Both the position numbers and the translations under genes were made by a program. Positions 46,034 to 56,265 of a DNA stretch of 64,000 nucleotides are shown here, piece after piece. The DNA is from an uncultured Rickettsiales bacterium (lineage in GTDB: Bacteria; Pseudomonadota; Alphaproteobacteria; Rs-D84). The stretch is taken from positions 27,733 to 91,732 of the forward strand of contig CAMWQN010000001.1 of the NCBI GenBank assembly GCA_947176385.1. Direction: 5' to 3'. A model generated the notes under the pieces. The model was not told the origin of the DNA. It searched no databases and saw only the letters and a list, made by a program, of their open reading frames with translations. Each line of letters starts with the position of its first letter. Position 1 is the first letter of the stretch.

Positions 46034-47344
46034 ATGGCAGACTTAAAAAAATTCTTTATCCAAACATTTGGTTGCCAGATGAACGTATATGACGGTCAGC
46101 GAATCGCTGCAATGCTGTCAGCACATAACATGGTTCAGACCGAAGACGTCGCCGATGCAGATATTATCATTTTAAATACATGTGCCGTACGCGAAAAGGC
46201 GACAAACAAGGTCTTTTCTGCACTGGGACGCATTCGCAAGGCAAAAAAGAAAGATGCACTGTTTGGAATTATCGGCTGCGTCGCACGCGAAGCGGGCGCC
46301 ACAGCATTCAAACGAATACCTGATTTGAACTTTGTCCTGGGTCCACAGAGTTATCATAAATTACCGGAAATACTATCTGACCCGGATGCAAAATTGTTAA
46401 ACATTGATATGACAGGATTGGAAAAATTTGACGCCCTGCCCCAGATGACCACGTCCCCATCTGTTGCATATATTCCAATCCAAGAAGGTTGCGACCATTG
46501 CTGTACATACTGCATCGTGCCATATACCCGCGGACGCGAAATATCACGCGCATTTGATGATGTCGTCCATGACTGTGAACATGCTGCATCCACTGGCGCA
46601 ATTGAAATATGTTTTCTGGGGCAAAATGTAAACGGGTATAAATACACTGATGAAAACGGCGTGTTATATCGTCTGTCTGATTTAATTCGCGCTGCGGCAA
46701 AACTGAGTGCTGTAAAACGCATCCGCTTTACATCCAGTTATCCAACCGAAATGACCGACGATTTAATCGACATGTTCCGTACCGAACCAAAACTGCTGCC
46801 CTTTTTAAATATGCCGATACAAAGTGGCAGTCCTGATGTTTTGCGTCGTATGAACCGTCCGTATTCATTGGAACTGTACAATGATATCGTCAATAAATTA
46901 CGCATCGCCCGTCCTGACATTCAAATATCCAGCGACTTTATTGTTGGGTTCCCTGGTGAAACAGAAAGCGACTTTGAACAAACTGTCGATATTGCAAATA
47001 AAATCAGATATATAAATTCATATTCATTCAAATATTCACCACGTCCACACACTGCTGCTGCGGTGATGCGCGACCAGATTCCAGAACAGATAAAGGCTGT
47101 ACGTCTGGCAATCCTGGATGCACGTCTGAATGAAATACAACGTGAATTTAACGAAAGTTGCATTGGCAAAACATTTGAATGTCTGTGTGAAGGTCCTGAT
47201 AAAACAGGCTTGCACCTGGTATATCGCACACCATATATGCAGCAATGCATTGTCGACGCCCCAGGTGGCGATTATTCACCCCTGGCACACATTCGTATCA
47301 CCGCTGCGAACAAGGCGTCCCTGCGCGGGGAATTTGCCGATTAA
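46034..47344 (+). CDS. miaB: tRNA-2-methylthio-N6-dimethylallyladenosine synthase MiaB
   Basis: Radical-SAM CxxxCxxC (CDHCCTYC), N-terminal MTTase Cys motifs and a TRAM domain. Confidence 0.85.
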   Translation: MADLKKFFIQTFGCQMNVYDGQRIAAMLSAHNMVQTEDVADADIIILNTCAVREKATNKVFSALGRIRKAKKKDALFGIIGCVAREAGATAFKRIPDLNFVLGPQSYHKLPEILSDPDAKLLNIDMTGLEKFDALPQMTTSPSVAYIPIQEGCDHCCTYCIVPYTRGREISRAFDDVVHDCEHAASTGAIEICFLGQNVNGYKYTDENGVLYRLSDLIRAAAKLSAVKRIRFTSSYPTEMTDDLIDMFRTEPKLLPFLNMPIQSGSPDVLRRMNRPYSLELYNDIVNKLRIARPDIQISSDFIVGFPGETESDFEQTVDIANKIRYINSYSFKYSPRPHTAAAVMRDQIPEQIKAVRLAILDARLNEIQREFNESCIGKTFECLCEGPDKTGLHLVYRTPYMQQCIVDAPGGDYSPLAHIRITAANKASLRGEFAD

Positions 47345-48894
47345 AACGACAGATTCACTAATACTGCCATTTTATAACCAAACCCAATTTCATCATGGAC
47401 AAGATCCATGCTGATTCTTGCACCAATATCATCGTCTGGGGACAGAAACTTTGCATACACCCCAACATGATACGCACCATCAGTTAAAACACTGCCGCGC
47501 AATCCATAATCATATAAAATATCAAAATCGTATTCGGATAAATTTAATTCCAATCCGACATTCGCCAACGCGACGATATCATTATCGTTTAACACAGACG
47601 CATAATTAGTTATAACACCGGCGAACGGAATTATTGTCAAATCATATTCCCGATATAGATATGTTCCAATATCCATCCCCGCATACCCAGAAATCCCAGA
47701 TGGATTATTCACGGGCACACTGCCATCAAATACAGGACCAGCATCAAAATCGGCACGTGCAAGACCACCGGATAAATTACCAACAATTATCCCATCATCA
47801 AAGTGCAGCATCATATTTGCACCATACATGTTACCGGTAAAATCATTTATATCATCGGACACCGCAAAAGTTCCTATATATCCACCGACAGCGGCATACA
47901 AATTGTTCGCAACAGCACCAGTCATGGATATACCTGCGCGACCTATTACCATATCATCTGAAAACATTATGTCTGCTGCACTATCGATATCAGATGCATC
48001 AGAATACCGCCAACCACCCAATGCATCTGACATATTCACACGCCGAACTGGTGCCATTAATTTTACAGGATGCAAACGTACAGAATCACGCATTATTGAA
48101 TTTATCGTATTGATATCCGGTGCGTTATCCATCGCAGTTAGTAATTTATCATTCGGACTATCACGCCGCAAATCATTCAAGAAGGCACCAAGACTATTTT
48201 CAAAAATCCGTGCATAATCTGTTGCACGGATAACTTTCATATACAAATCACCATCGTCAACATATGCAACTGCATTATATAACGGATCCATATCCCGAAC
48301 GGCAAAATGAACATGACCTGCGTCTGAAACATTGTGCAATACTGGCACAGAATAATCCACAGAATCTACGGAATTTAATTTTATAACAACATCACCTATA
48401 ATTTCGATGATGGGCGTATCGGTGTCTGTTATATTGCGCCAACCTGCACTGTTCAAAAACAATGTTGAGTTATTCAATATTAACTTATCAACATTTGATG
48501 TGATACTGAATACATCCGTCAAAGATATACCATCTGCATCACGTACCAATACACTAAAATTTCTATCGACTGTTAAATCCGTAATATCTTTATCGGAATG
48601 AATAACCTGAACCAATTTTGCATCTGGTGCAACATGAAACGTACCATTGATTATTCCGGAATTTGTAATCTCTACCTTATGCGCCCCATTAATGTAAAAA
48701 TCAGAATTTATAATACCACTATTTAAAATTGATACACTTTTCCAGACTTCTATCCCGGTTAAATTCGAATCTAATTTACCATTATTTGTAACAATTAAAT
48801 CTTCTGTCAAAACTAAATCATCAATGCTAACCAAGGAATCGACGCAAAGACCACATGCATTTGTGTTAAAAATGCATAGCGTTAACAAAGCCAT
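47341..48894 (-). CDS. autotransporter-like outer-membrane protein (beta-barrel translocator domain)
   Basis: Start at MALLTLCIFNTNA. The repetitive passenger (NSGIINSDFYING..NSGIINGTFHV) is followed by a C-terminal beta-barrel ending ..FGYKMAVLVNLSF. Confidence 0.5.
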   Translation of the reverse strand: MALLTLCIFNTNACGLCVDSLVSIDDLVLTEDLIVTNNGKLDSNLTGIEVWKSVSILNSGIINSDFYINGAHKVEITNSGIINGTFHVAPDAKLVQVIHSDKDITDLTVDRNFSVLVRDADGISLTDVFSITSNVDKLILNNSTLFLNSAGWRNITDTDTPIIEIIGDVVIKLNSVDSVDYSVPVLHNVSDAGHVHFAVRDMDPLYNAVAYVDDGDLYMKVIRATDYARIFENSLGAFLNDLRRDSPNDKLLTAMDNAPDINTINSIMRDSVRLHPVKLMAPVRRVNMSDALGGWRYSDASDIDSAADIMFSDDMVIGRAGISMTGAVANNLYAAVGGYIGTFAVSDDINDFTGNMYGANMMLHFDDGIIVGNLSGGLARADFDAGPVFDGSVPVNNPSGISGYAGMDIGTYLYREYDLTIIPFAGVITNYASVLNDNDIVALANVGLELNLSEYDFDILYDYGLRGSVLTDGAYHVGVYAKFLSPDDDIGARISMDLVHDEIGFGYKMAVLVNLSF

Positions 48895-49025
48895 AACAGA
48901 ACGAATGACAAATCTATCTCTCACGCTAATAAATATATCACATAGGAAAAATATCTTAAAGTAAAAACATACAAAAAATACCCCCGGCAAAACCGAGGGT
49001 AAATATTCACACAGATTGAATCAGA

Positions 49026-49568
49026 TTAGAACAAATCTTTATCCAGTGTACCCCATGCAGCCTTGTAGCCACCGTCACGTTCCAGATAGATTTGTGCATT
49101 TTGCAATTGTGACGCCATCAGCCCACGCAACATATATGTTTCTTCTAAGCGACCTGGGGCAGATACACGCAGTTTTGGCAAATCAGCACTTAACATTGTA
49201 CGACCGCAGCATGTGGATGCATTTGACGCACATGGGTTGCACTGATATATACGTGTTGTATATGTAACACCTGGACGCAGGTCTTTGACATCAACTGTCA
49301 TTTTCAAACCACTGTCTGTTTCAGTAAATTTGATATATCCCATTTTGGATTCGCCACCCTGGCTGCTGTGTGTGTACATTGTTGCCTTGACATGTTTAAC
49401 ATCTGCATCGCTGTATGTCTGATAGTATTCAACATTCTGTGTTGATTTCATAGGCTTTTTGTGATGCATTTTCTTATGCCCAGGGCACATACCGGCACAT
49501 CCTGCCAAGATTGCGACAACGCCCAAGACGGACGACAAGGTTAACATTTTTTTGATTAGTTTTTTCAT
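49026..49568 (-). CDS. SodC-like (Cu/Zn superoxide dismutase fold) lipoprotein, probably non-catalytic
   Basis: Lipobox LAGC. Beta-sandwich pattern GYIKFTETDSGLKMTVDVKDLRPGV as in SodC, but the His metal ligands are replaced (YTTRIYQCNPC). Confidence 0.35.
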   Translation of the reverse strand: MKKLIKKMLTLSSVLGVVAILAGCAGMCPGHKKMHHKKPMKSTQNVEYYQTYSDADVKHVKATMYTHSSQGGESKMGYIKFTETDSGLKMTVDVKDLRPGVTYTTRIYQCNPCASNASTCCGRTMLSADLPKLRVSAPGRLEETYMLRGLMASQLQNAQIYLERDGGYKAAWGTLDKDLF

Positions 49569-49762
49569 AAAGGTCTCCTTTTTTCCTTTTGGTTACGAAA
49601 AACATTTTATAATATTTTTTTGCAATTTTCGTCAGGTTTGAATCCCTAGGAAACGGCGCATTTCTGCGGCACAGCGCAACTAGACATCATGTCCTATATC
49701 ATGAAAAACAGATACATGGTAAATTACATTAAACATCAACCAAAAACCACAGGAGCAAAACC

Positions 49763-50116
49763 ATGTATCAATTGATGCAACACATGATAGCCTTTAAATA
49801 TGCGTGCAAAATCAACCATTGGTCAACCAATAATTACAGCCAGCATTTGCTGTTTGATAGACTTAGCGAAGATATCGATAAATGGGTCGATGCAATCGCC
49901 GAATGTTATTTTATGGCAATTGACGACAAGAAAGTTTTCCGCCCTGACCTGCTGGCACCAAAAATGATTGATAAAAATTTAGTAAAAATGTGCGAATCGA
50001 TTATCAACCATTTGGAAGATATACAAGCAAACGATTTAAACGAAGGACTGGCATCATTACTGTCCGCCATCGAAGAAGGATTTTTAAACAAACTGGCACT
50101 GGCAAAATTAGGATAA
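49763..50116 (+). CDS. hypothetical protein
   Basis: 117-aa ORF with a helical prediction; no family recognised. Confidence 0.35.
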   Translation: MYQLMQHMIAFKYACKINHWSTNNYSQHLLFDRLSEDIDKWVDAIAECYFMAIDDKKVFRPDLLAPKMIDKNLVKMCESIINHLEDIQANDLNEGLASLLSAIEEGFLNKLALAKLG

Positions 50117-50146
50117 AAAAATCCCCCCTTTACTGGGGGATTTTAA
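50113..50146. terminator. bidirectional rho-independent terminator
   Basis: aaaaaa-tcccccc-ttta-ctggggga-tttt hairpin. Confidence 0.65.
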
Positions 50147-50154
50147 AAGCACAC

Positions 50155-50601
50155 TTATGCAACATTCGCATGAAACAATTTACGCCACATACCCAATACG
50201 TAGTTTCCCAATGGGAATGCGATTATTACCTGTAACGCCAATGCTGCAATATAATTACGTGGCAACGCCGTAATATAACGCAATCCAGATGGCATATATC
50301 CCGTTTCAATAATCGGTGCCAAGAATGTTAAGATTCCCGCCATCAAACCTACACGAATAAGTGGCATAAATTTCTGGATATTATATTTGCTAACAATTCG
50401 CATAACAATTGGACCTACGATAAAGAAATCCAACACAAATGCAGTAATATAAATACGTGGCAATGCAGTCCAAAAATGTCCCCACGTTAACGCACCATAA
50501 ATCCACAGATTTAATGTCATCATCCCCAGCACCATTGTCGTACAATTTGGCAAAGACATTACCAAAGCCTCTTTCAAGTTTTGCGGAAAATTTATTTTCA
50601 T
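50155..50601 (-). CDS. small integral membrane protein
   Basis: Four predicted TM helices. Start at MKINFP. Confidence 0.4.
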   Translation of the reverse strand: MKINFPQNLKEALVMSLPNCTTMVLGMMTLNLWIYGALTWGHFWTALPRIYITAFVLDFFIVGPIVMRIVSKYNIQKFMPLIRVGLMAGILTFLAPIIETGYMPSGLRYITALPRNYIAALALQVIIAFPLGNYVLGMWRKLFHANVA

Positions 50602-50824
50602 ATTATTACCCCTTTTATTAAATAAAAAATGCAGTGTCTGCAACTGGACTTATGTGTTGCGGACACTGCACGTTGTTATTTGTTATTTGAAAAAACTGTG
50701 GCGATTATATGATTAAACAGAAATCAAATCAAGATAAAAAACCGTCATAAAATGACGGTTTAACATACGAAACACGGATAATGCACACCACATGTGGGCG
50801 TCCCCACATGCAGCGTTAAATGCC

Positions 50825-51439
50825 TTAGAACATAAATCTGATACCTAAATCAGCACCTACGTTATGCATGCCGGACTGGATATCGATATAGTTATAACGG
50901 GCTGCTAAATCAACCGCAAAGTATTCCATATCGAATTCTACACCCAATGCCCCCATTGCGGTGAAACGTGTTTTGCTGGAACTCTTATCGAATTCTGCAC
51001 CTGCACCACTTCTGCTAACATCTGTAAATGCGGCACCGACACCCAGACCAAAGAACGGACGAACGATATCGTATTCACCGAATTCCCAATATGAATTCCA
51101 CATCAATGTCTGCAATTTTGTTTTAACATCTATACGATCATCGGTATCAAAGTTCGCGTGATCTTTACCTTTACCAAAATAAGTATATTCGATTTCAGAA
51201 CGTACTGTATCGCATACTTCCAAACCTAATGCGGCACGACCCTGGAAAACAAAATCTGACATAGTTTCTTTCTTATTATTGAAACTATAGTTCAAATTTT
51301 CCCATGTCATACCACCACGCAAAGCAATATATGGGTCCATGCCCCACATCTGCCATGTGCCTTGTTCAGCACGATGCATACCTGCGAACGCAGGACACGC
51401 AATCAGCACAGCCAGTGTTGATATAATAATTTTTTTCAT
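50825..51439 (-). CDS. small outer-membrane beta-barrel protein (OmpA/OmpW-like porin family)
   Basis: Signal peptide then amphipathic beta strands; C-terminal ..LGIRFMF. Paralogous in type to 3700-4410. Confidence 0.55.
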   Translation of the reverse strand: MKKIIISTLAVLIACPAFAGMHRAEQGTWQMWGMDPYIALRGGMTWENLNYSFNNKKETMSDFVFQGRAALGLEVCDTVRSEIEYTYFGKGKDHANFDTDDRIDVKTKLQTLMWNSYWEFGEYDIVRPFFGLGVGAAFTDVSRSGAGAEFDKSSSKTRFTAMGALGVEFDMEYFAVDLAARYNYIDIQSGMHNVGADLGIRFMF

Positions 51440-51700
51440 TTCTTCTCCTTTTTGGTTTTTCGTTGTTCATAGTTTTCATGTCAACAATCCAATTCTATCA
51501 AAGCATTTCCCGCGTTTGCATAGGTAAGGATTCCCCTGGACACCAGGTGATAAATCCTGTTGTCGAATCGAAAAATCATCATATCCCCCGCAGAATCCTG
51601 CCAAATTCATAACATCACAGTAAAAACACATACCTTTAATCCTATGGCGCTGCAACCCACGCATAAATAAAATATCAACTATATACAACAGGAATAAACG

Positions 51701-52588
51701 ATGAAAAAAACCGAATCAAATCCACTGAAAAAATATTGGAATAAAAAGTATCCAACCCAATCACAAAAATACCCAGGACTGGATATAAAAATGACACCTA
51801 TCCCCGACTGTGGCGAAGAATCATACGTCGGTCACGGTCGCTTGCAAGGCAAACGTGCACTGATTACCGGTGGCGATTCCGGGATTGGGCGCGCAGTTGC
51901 AATTGCATTTGCCCGCGAAGGCGCAGATGTCGCGATATCATACCTGCCATCCGAAGAAAAAGATGCCACTGCCGTCCGTAAATATATCGAGGCAACCGGA
52001 CGCAAAGCAGTTTTAATTCCGGGCGACCTGGCAGATAAAAAATTTGCACGACGTCTGGTCACATCTGCCGCACGTGCATTGGGTGGACTGGATATAATTG
52101 TTATGAATGCAGGCTATCAACAATTTAATGATGACATATCAACATTAACCACCCAACAGTTGGAAAAAACATTTGCAATAAATTTGTTTTCTATGTTTTG
52201 GATGACCCAGGCAGCATTACCATTATTAAAACCCGGTGCCAGCATTATTACAACGACATCAATCCAGGCATTTACCCCCAGCGCAGGTCTGCTGGACTAT
52301 GCATCGTCCAAGGCTGCAATCATGGCATACACACGTGCCCTGGCAAAACAATTGGCACCACGCGGAATACGCGTAAACGGTGTTGCCCCTGGTCCAATCT
52401 GGACCGCATTACAGGTATCAGGCGGACAAAAGAAAAGTAATCTGCCGGACTTTGGTAAAAACACCCCTATGCGTCGTGCGGGGCAACCTGCGGAACTTGC
52501 CGGTGCATATGTATTACTGGCGTCTGATGAGTCCAGTTATACAACCGCTGAAATATACGGCGTAACCGGCGGCAATCATACATATTAA
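51701..52588 (+). CDS. SDR-family NAD(P)-dependent oxidoreductase (YghA-like)
   Basis: [10 protein letters not shown] cofactor-binding motif, catalytic YxxxK (YASSKAA) and the NAG motif. Confidence 0.8.
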   Translation: MKKTESNPLKKYWNKKYPTQSQKYPGLDIKMTPIPDCGEESYVGHGRLQGKRALITGGDSGIGRAVAIAFAREGADVAISYLPSEEKDATAVRKYIEATGRKAVLIPGDLADKKFARRLVTSAARALGGLDIIVMNAGYQQFNDDISTLTTQQLEKTFAINLFSMFWMTQAALPLLKPGASIITTTSIQAFTPSAGLLDYASSKAAIMAYTRALAKQLAPRGIRVNGVAPGPIWTALQVSGGQKKSNLPDFGKNTPMRRAGQPAELAGAYVLLASDESSYTTAEIYGVTGGNHTY

Positions 52589-52600
52589 GCAACGAAATCA

Positions 52601-52624
52601 AAAACCGCCAAAAGGCGGTTTTAT
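52601..52624 (+). terminator. rho-independent terminator after the SDR gene
   Basis: aaaaccgccaaaaggcggtttt. Confidence 0.75.
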
Positions 52625-52627
52625 TGT

Positions 52628-52644
52628 TGGTGGACGCGCAGGGA
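52628..52644. repeat. 17-nt direct repeat of the tRNA-Lys 3' end (tggtggacgcgcaggga); putative att-site remnant
   Basis: Exact copy of 52796-52812, which is the complement of the tRNA-Lys CCA end, acceptor and T-stem 3' strands, 152 bp away. Confidence 0.5.
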
Positions 52645-52758
52645 TTGGCTGCGCCCACCTTGCAAAATTGCGCATTCACGCAACCGGCATATTCACATCT
52701 GCCTTTTTGCCGCGGTTCGAACCCTTTTCCCCAGGGTTACTCGTCCGCTTTGTCCAAA

Positions 52759-52787
52759 CAAAAAAATAAAACGACCGCACGGGTCGT
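52759..52787 (-). terminator. terminator for tRNA-Lys
   Basis: Minus-strand hairpin acgacccgtgcggtcgt followed by a long T run. Confidence 0.55.
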
Positions 52788-52795
52788 TTGATTTC

Positions 52796-52871
52796 TGGTG
52801 GACGCGCAGGGACTCGAACCCTGGACCCACTGATTAAGAGTCAGTTGCTCTACCAACTGAGCTACGCATCC
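52796..52871 (-). tRNA. tRNA-Lys (CTT)
   Basis: Minus-strand 76 nt: GGATGCGTAGCTCAGTTGGTAGAGCAACTGACTCTTAATCAGTGGGTCCAGGGTTCGAGTCCCTGCGCGTCCACCA. Anticodon loop CTCTTAA. Confidence 0.85.
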
Positions 52872-52985
52872 AAAACACATAATTCTGACGAATTACCCGC
52901 AGATTATATATCTTTTTCTGTTATTTGCAAGGATTTATTCTTTATTTATACGCCGCAGACACATAATACGAACAAACAAATAATA

Positions 52986-54584
52986 TTATTTCTTCAGATA
53001 CGATGTTGGATTATATGCCTTGGTTCCCTTGCGGATTTCGAAATGTAATTGCGGTTTATCAACCTTGCCAGTACTGCCGACTGTACCGATTTTTTGACCG
53101 ACACGCACATTTGTTCCGCGACGTACAGCCATTGAATCCAAATGCGCATATACTGTCATCCATCCATCTGAATGCTGAATGATAACCAGATTTCCCATAC
53201 CCTTGACTTCATTTCCTGCATACGCAACGATACCATTTTCCGCCGCCGATACAGACGCGCCACGTGTTGCGCTGATGTTTATACCATCATTAAACAGACC
53301 ATTTGATTTCGCACCATATCCCGACAATACGCGACCACGCACCGGCCAACTGAACTTTGATGATGACCGCGCCATTATAACAGGCTGCTTTGATGTGGTG
53401 GCATTCGATTTCGTACCAGTTTTAGATGCAGACTTTGTTTCTGTCGATTTTTTCGTATTATTCGACTTTGCTGTTGTTTTGGATGTATCTTTCTGTGGCG
53501 CCTTAGATGTTGTTGATTTTGATGCATTCGTCGCAGTCTTCGGTGTCGACGCAGCAACCTTTGGCGCACTGGTTGTAGCTGCCTTAGCAACCGTCTTGGT
53601 TGGCTGCACTACAATTGATGATGTTGCTGTTTTTGATGCGGCTGTTGTTGGTGTATTAACCTTGGTCGCAACATGTACTGTATCCGACGCCAAATTTGGA
53701 ACCTTTAAACGTTGCCCAACACGCAGACCAAAAGGCGCACTGATATCATTCATAACCGCCAGGTCATTTACCGGCACAGAATACTTGCGCGATATTGAAT
53801 ATAATGTATCGCCCTGACCTACTGTAATTTCCTGTAATTGTACCTTGGTGGTGGTTGGTTGCGGATTTTTAATAACAACCGTGTCCGCGACTGCTGGTTT
53901 TGTTTCAACAGGATTTACAACTTCTTTTGTTGGTGCGGCAACTTCTTCTTTGACGGATGCAGCAACATATGTTGCGGTCGGCGCACGCAAACGCAATGTT
54001 TGTCCCACACGCAACGTATATGGCGCATCCAGTTTATTTATCTTTGCCAATTCTGCCGCTGTCGTATTATATCGCCGCGCCAATGAATACAGCGTATCGC
54101 CCGCAGCAACTGTTATTTCTGATGCGTCTTTGTCTGCACCATCTGCCACCAAAGTCCCATACATCGGCACCATCAAATAATCATCTGTTGGCGCATCTGG
54201 CGACGCATCAACATTATCATTAACAACAATAACGTCATCGATCGCAGTTGTATCCTGAACCGCGACATCAGAATCCGCCACCACCGCAACAGGTGCTGCA
54301 TCATCAGACTGTGGCGGGATAATATAATCGCTGACACTGGAATACAAGACATAGTCATCAGCCGTCACTGCACCATACAATTCCGGCGACGCATATACAC
54401 CATAGTCAGATGCTGCGGAATTATATATTTCCGGTTCGGCATATGGATCTGCCAACAACGCAGGATAACGCTGCGAAATAAAATCACCAACCGAATCGGG
54501 CAAAGACATAATTTTGGGTTGTAAATCACACCCCAGTAAAACCGGTACTAGAAAACAGCCCAAAAATATCCAGATTTTTTTCAC
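52986..54584 (-). CDS. LysM-domain M23-family peptidoglycan endopeptidase (NlpD-like)
   Basis: Two LysM repeats (GDTLYSLARRY.., GDTLYSISRKY..), a Thr/Ala/Lys-rich linker and a C-terminal M23 domain (HLDSMAV..G..IG..G.TG....HLHFEI). Confidence 0.75.
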   Translation of the reverse strand: MKKIWIFLGCFLVPVLLGCDLQPKIMSLPDSVGDFISQRYPALLADPYAEPEIYNSAASDYGVYASPELYGAVTADDYVLYSSVSDYIIPPQSDDAAPVAVVADSDVAVQDTTAIDDVIVVNDNVDASPDAPTDDYLMVPMYGTLVADGADKDASEITVAAGDTLYSLARRYNTTAAELAKINKLDAPYTLRVGQTLRLRAPTATYVAASVKEEVAAPTKEVVNPVETKPAVADTVVIKNPQPTTTKVQLQEITVGQGDTLYSISRKYSVPVNDLAVMNDISAPFGLRVGQRLKVPNLASDTVHVATKVNTPTTAASKTATSSIVVQPTKTVAKAATTSAPKVAASTPKTATNASKSTTSKAPQKDTSKTTAKSNNTKKSTETKSASKTGTKSNATTSKQPVIMARSSSKFSWPVRGRVLSGYGAKSNGLFNDGINISATRGASVSAAENGIVAYAGNEVKGMGNLVIIQHSDGWMTVYAHLDSMAVRRGTNVRVGQKIGTVGSTGKVDKPQLHFEIRKGTKAYNPTSYLKK

Positions 54585-54632
54585 ACCGCAATTATATCAC
54601 AAAATGCGTCAAAATAAAAAACAATGTCACAC

Positions 54633-55349
54633 TTATTGCACGGTATTGCGTCGCATAAACAAAATACTGATTTCAAACAATGCCCACATTGGCAATGCCA
54701 GCAATATTTGCGACACCACATCCGGTGGCGTTAAAACTGCCGCAATAACAACAATCGCAACGATTGCATATCTGCGCATTTTTACCGCAGCTTCACGTGA
54801 CAATATCCCTAACCTGTTCAACAGCACCATTATCAAAGGCAACTGAAATGCGATACCAAAAACCTTTAACAATCCAATTACAAACGACAAATAATCACGT
54901 GCGACTGGCATAATAACTGCCGGTACAGGCGACGATAAATTTAATTCTATAAAGAATTGAAACACAGATGGGAACAAAATATAAAACGCGAACCCAGCAC
55001 CCAACAAAAACAAGACCGGTGACAATAACAAAATCGGCAAAATAAATCCGCGTTCATTTTTTTTGAGTCCCGGCGACACATATGCCCAGAAATGCCACAG
55101 TGCCACTGGCAAAGTAACAAATATTGCAAACAATATAGCCAACGAAAAATGAATCATCAATCCATCTGTCACACTGGCATACAGCAATTTGCCATCACCC
55201 CACACATCCATCAATGGTGCGGTTAAAAATTCTTGCAATGCAGGTGCCACGCCCCAACCCACAACAGCCGCACACACAAAGACCAACGCCGTCCATAAAA
55301 TGCGACGACGCAGTTCTGCAAAATGTTGCAACAGTGTCATTTTTTGCAT
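54633..55349 (-). CDS. tatC: twin-arginine translocase subunit TatC
   Basis: 238 aa with six TM helices and TatC family motifs (HFAELRRR..). Confidence 0.85.
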   Translation of the reverse strand: MQKMTLLQHFAELRRRILWTALVFVCAAVVGWGVAPALQEFLTAPLMDVWGDGKLLYASVTDGLMIHFSLAILFAIFVTLPVALWHFWAYVSPGLKKNERGFILPILLLSPVLFLLGAGFAFYILFPSVFQFFIELNLSSPVPAVIMPVARDYLSFVIGLLKVFGIAFQLPLIMVLLNRLGILSREAAVKMRRYAIVAIVVIAAVLTPPDVVSQILLALPMWALFEISILFMRRNTVQ

Positions 55350-55642
55350 TTTTTACCCTGTGATTTGACGGTTGTACGTGTACGTCTGGTTTTACGCAGT
55401 GGCGTTGAAAATTCCGCCAAAACATCATTTGTTGTTGTATGAATCAATTCATCAATTGGCTGTTCTAAATCAATTTGATTTTTTATTTGCTCAGATGCAT
55501 CTGTTATACGCCACATGACATTGCGAATAAACTTTATCACACGTGCCAAGAACCGTGCGACATCTGGCCACATCCGCGCGGGAATCACAATTACCGCGAC
55601 CAACAATATTACAAATAATTCTGCGACACTTATTCCAAACAT
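55337..55642 (-). CDS. tatB: twin-arginine translocase subunit TatB
   Basis: MFGISVAELFVILLVAVIVIPARMWPDVAR: a TM helix plus an amphipathic helix, overlapping the tatC start. Confidence 0.6.
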   Translation of the reverse strand: MFGISVAELFVILLVAVIVIPARMWPDVARFLARVIKFIRNVMWRITDASEQIKNQIDLEQPIDELIHTTTNDVLAEFSTPLRKTRRTRTTVKSQGKKCKK

Positions 55643-55644
55643 TT

Positions 55645-56259
55645 TTAATCATAGAAATCATCGCCACCACTGTTACTAACAGTCTTGTGACGTGCGATTT
55701 GAAAATAATCTTTGCCAAAATTAGTTTTTGTTTTCAGATCATGAAACGCGACATTTGTTTTTGCACCTGTCGCATCAACAACAGTCCAAGAATTTAATTT
55801 TACGGGCTTTTTATCAAAAACAACTGTCATATTACCCAGTCCTTCCTGACCGCGCAGATTCATTTTTAAAGAAAACGTATCTTTGTCTGCTGTTGTTTCA
55901 ACAACATTTATATCTGCCGTTTGCAGGTTTATATTCTTGCGAATTAAGATACCGGCTGGTGTACTGCTTAATGGAACAGTTGTAATCTGATCCAGGGAAC
56001 TGTCAAAAAAATACAAGTCCTTGCCATCTGCAATCAATTGTATCGGCATTTTTTTATAATCCAAGCGTACACGTCCTGGACGCAACATTGAAAAAGTACC
56101 ACTTTGACGACCGCCATTTGATGTCTGGACAAAGTCACCAGTCAACCCCGTAATTGAATTTAAATAATTTTCTGCACTTGATACCAATGCACTATCAACC
56201 GCAGCATTGGCATTTGCCACAAAAACAATCCCTATAAACGCCAGAAAAAGTCTTCTCAT
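55645..56259 (-). CDS. lolA: outer-membrane lipoprotein carrier protein LolA-like
   Basis: Signal peptide. LolA-type pattern (SGTFSMLRPGRVRLDY.. in an open beta-barrel). Confidence 0.6.
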   Translation of the reverse strand: MRRLFLAFIGIVFVANANAAVDSALVSSAENYLNSITGLTGDFVQTSNGGRQSGTFSMLRPGRVRLDYKKMPIQLIADGKDLYFFDSSLDQITTVPLSSTPAGILIRKNINLQTADINVVETTADKDTFSLKMNLRGQEGLGNMTVVFDKKPVKLNSWTVVDATGAKTNVAFHDLKTKTNFGKDYFQIARHKTVSNSGGDDFYD

Positions 56260-56265
56260 GTCCTG

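Noticed and set aside
52700-52730. GGTTCGAACCC resembling a tRNA T-arm, which would be a second tRNA or pseudo-tRNA
   Set aside because: The flanking sequence cannot form T-stem, acceptor or anticodon arms on either strand. Only the 17-nt 3'-end repeat at 52628-52644 is tRNA-derived.
53179-54223. Several plus-strand ORFs (53179-53817, 53845-54180, 53957-54223)
   Set aside because: They are antisense to the Thr/Ala/Lys-rich linker of the LysM/M23 peptidase gene. This is a low-complexity shadow.
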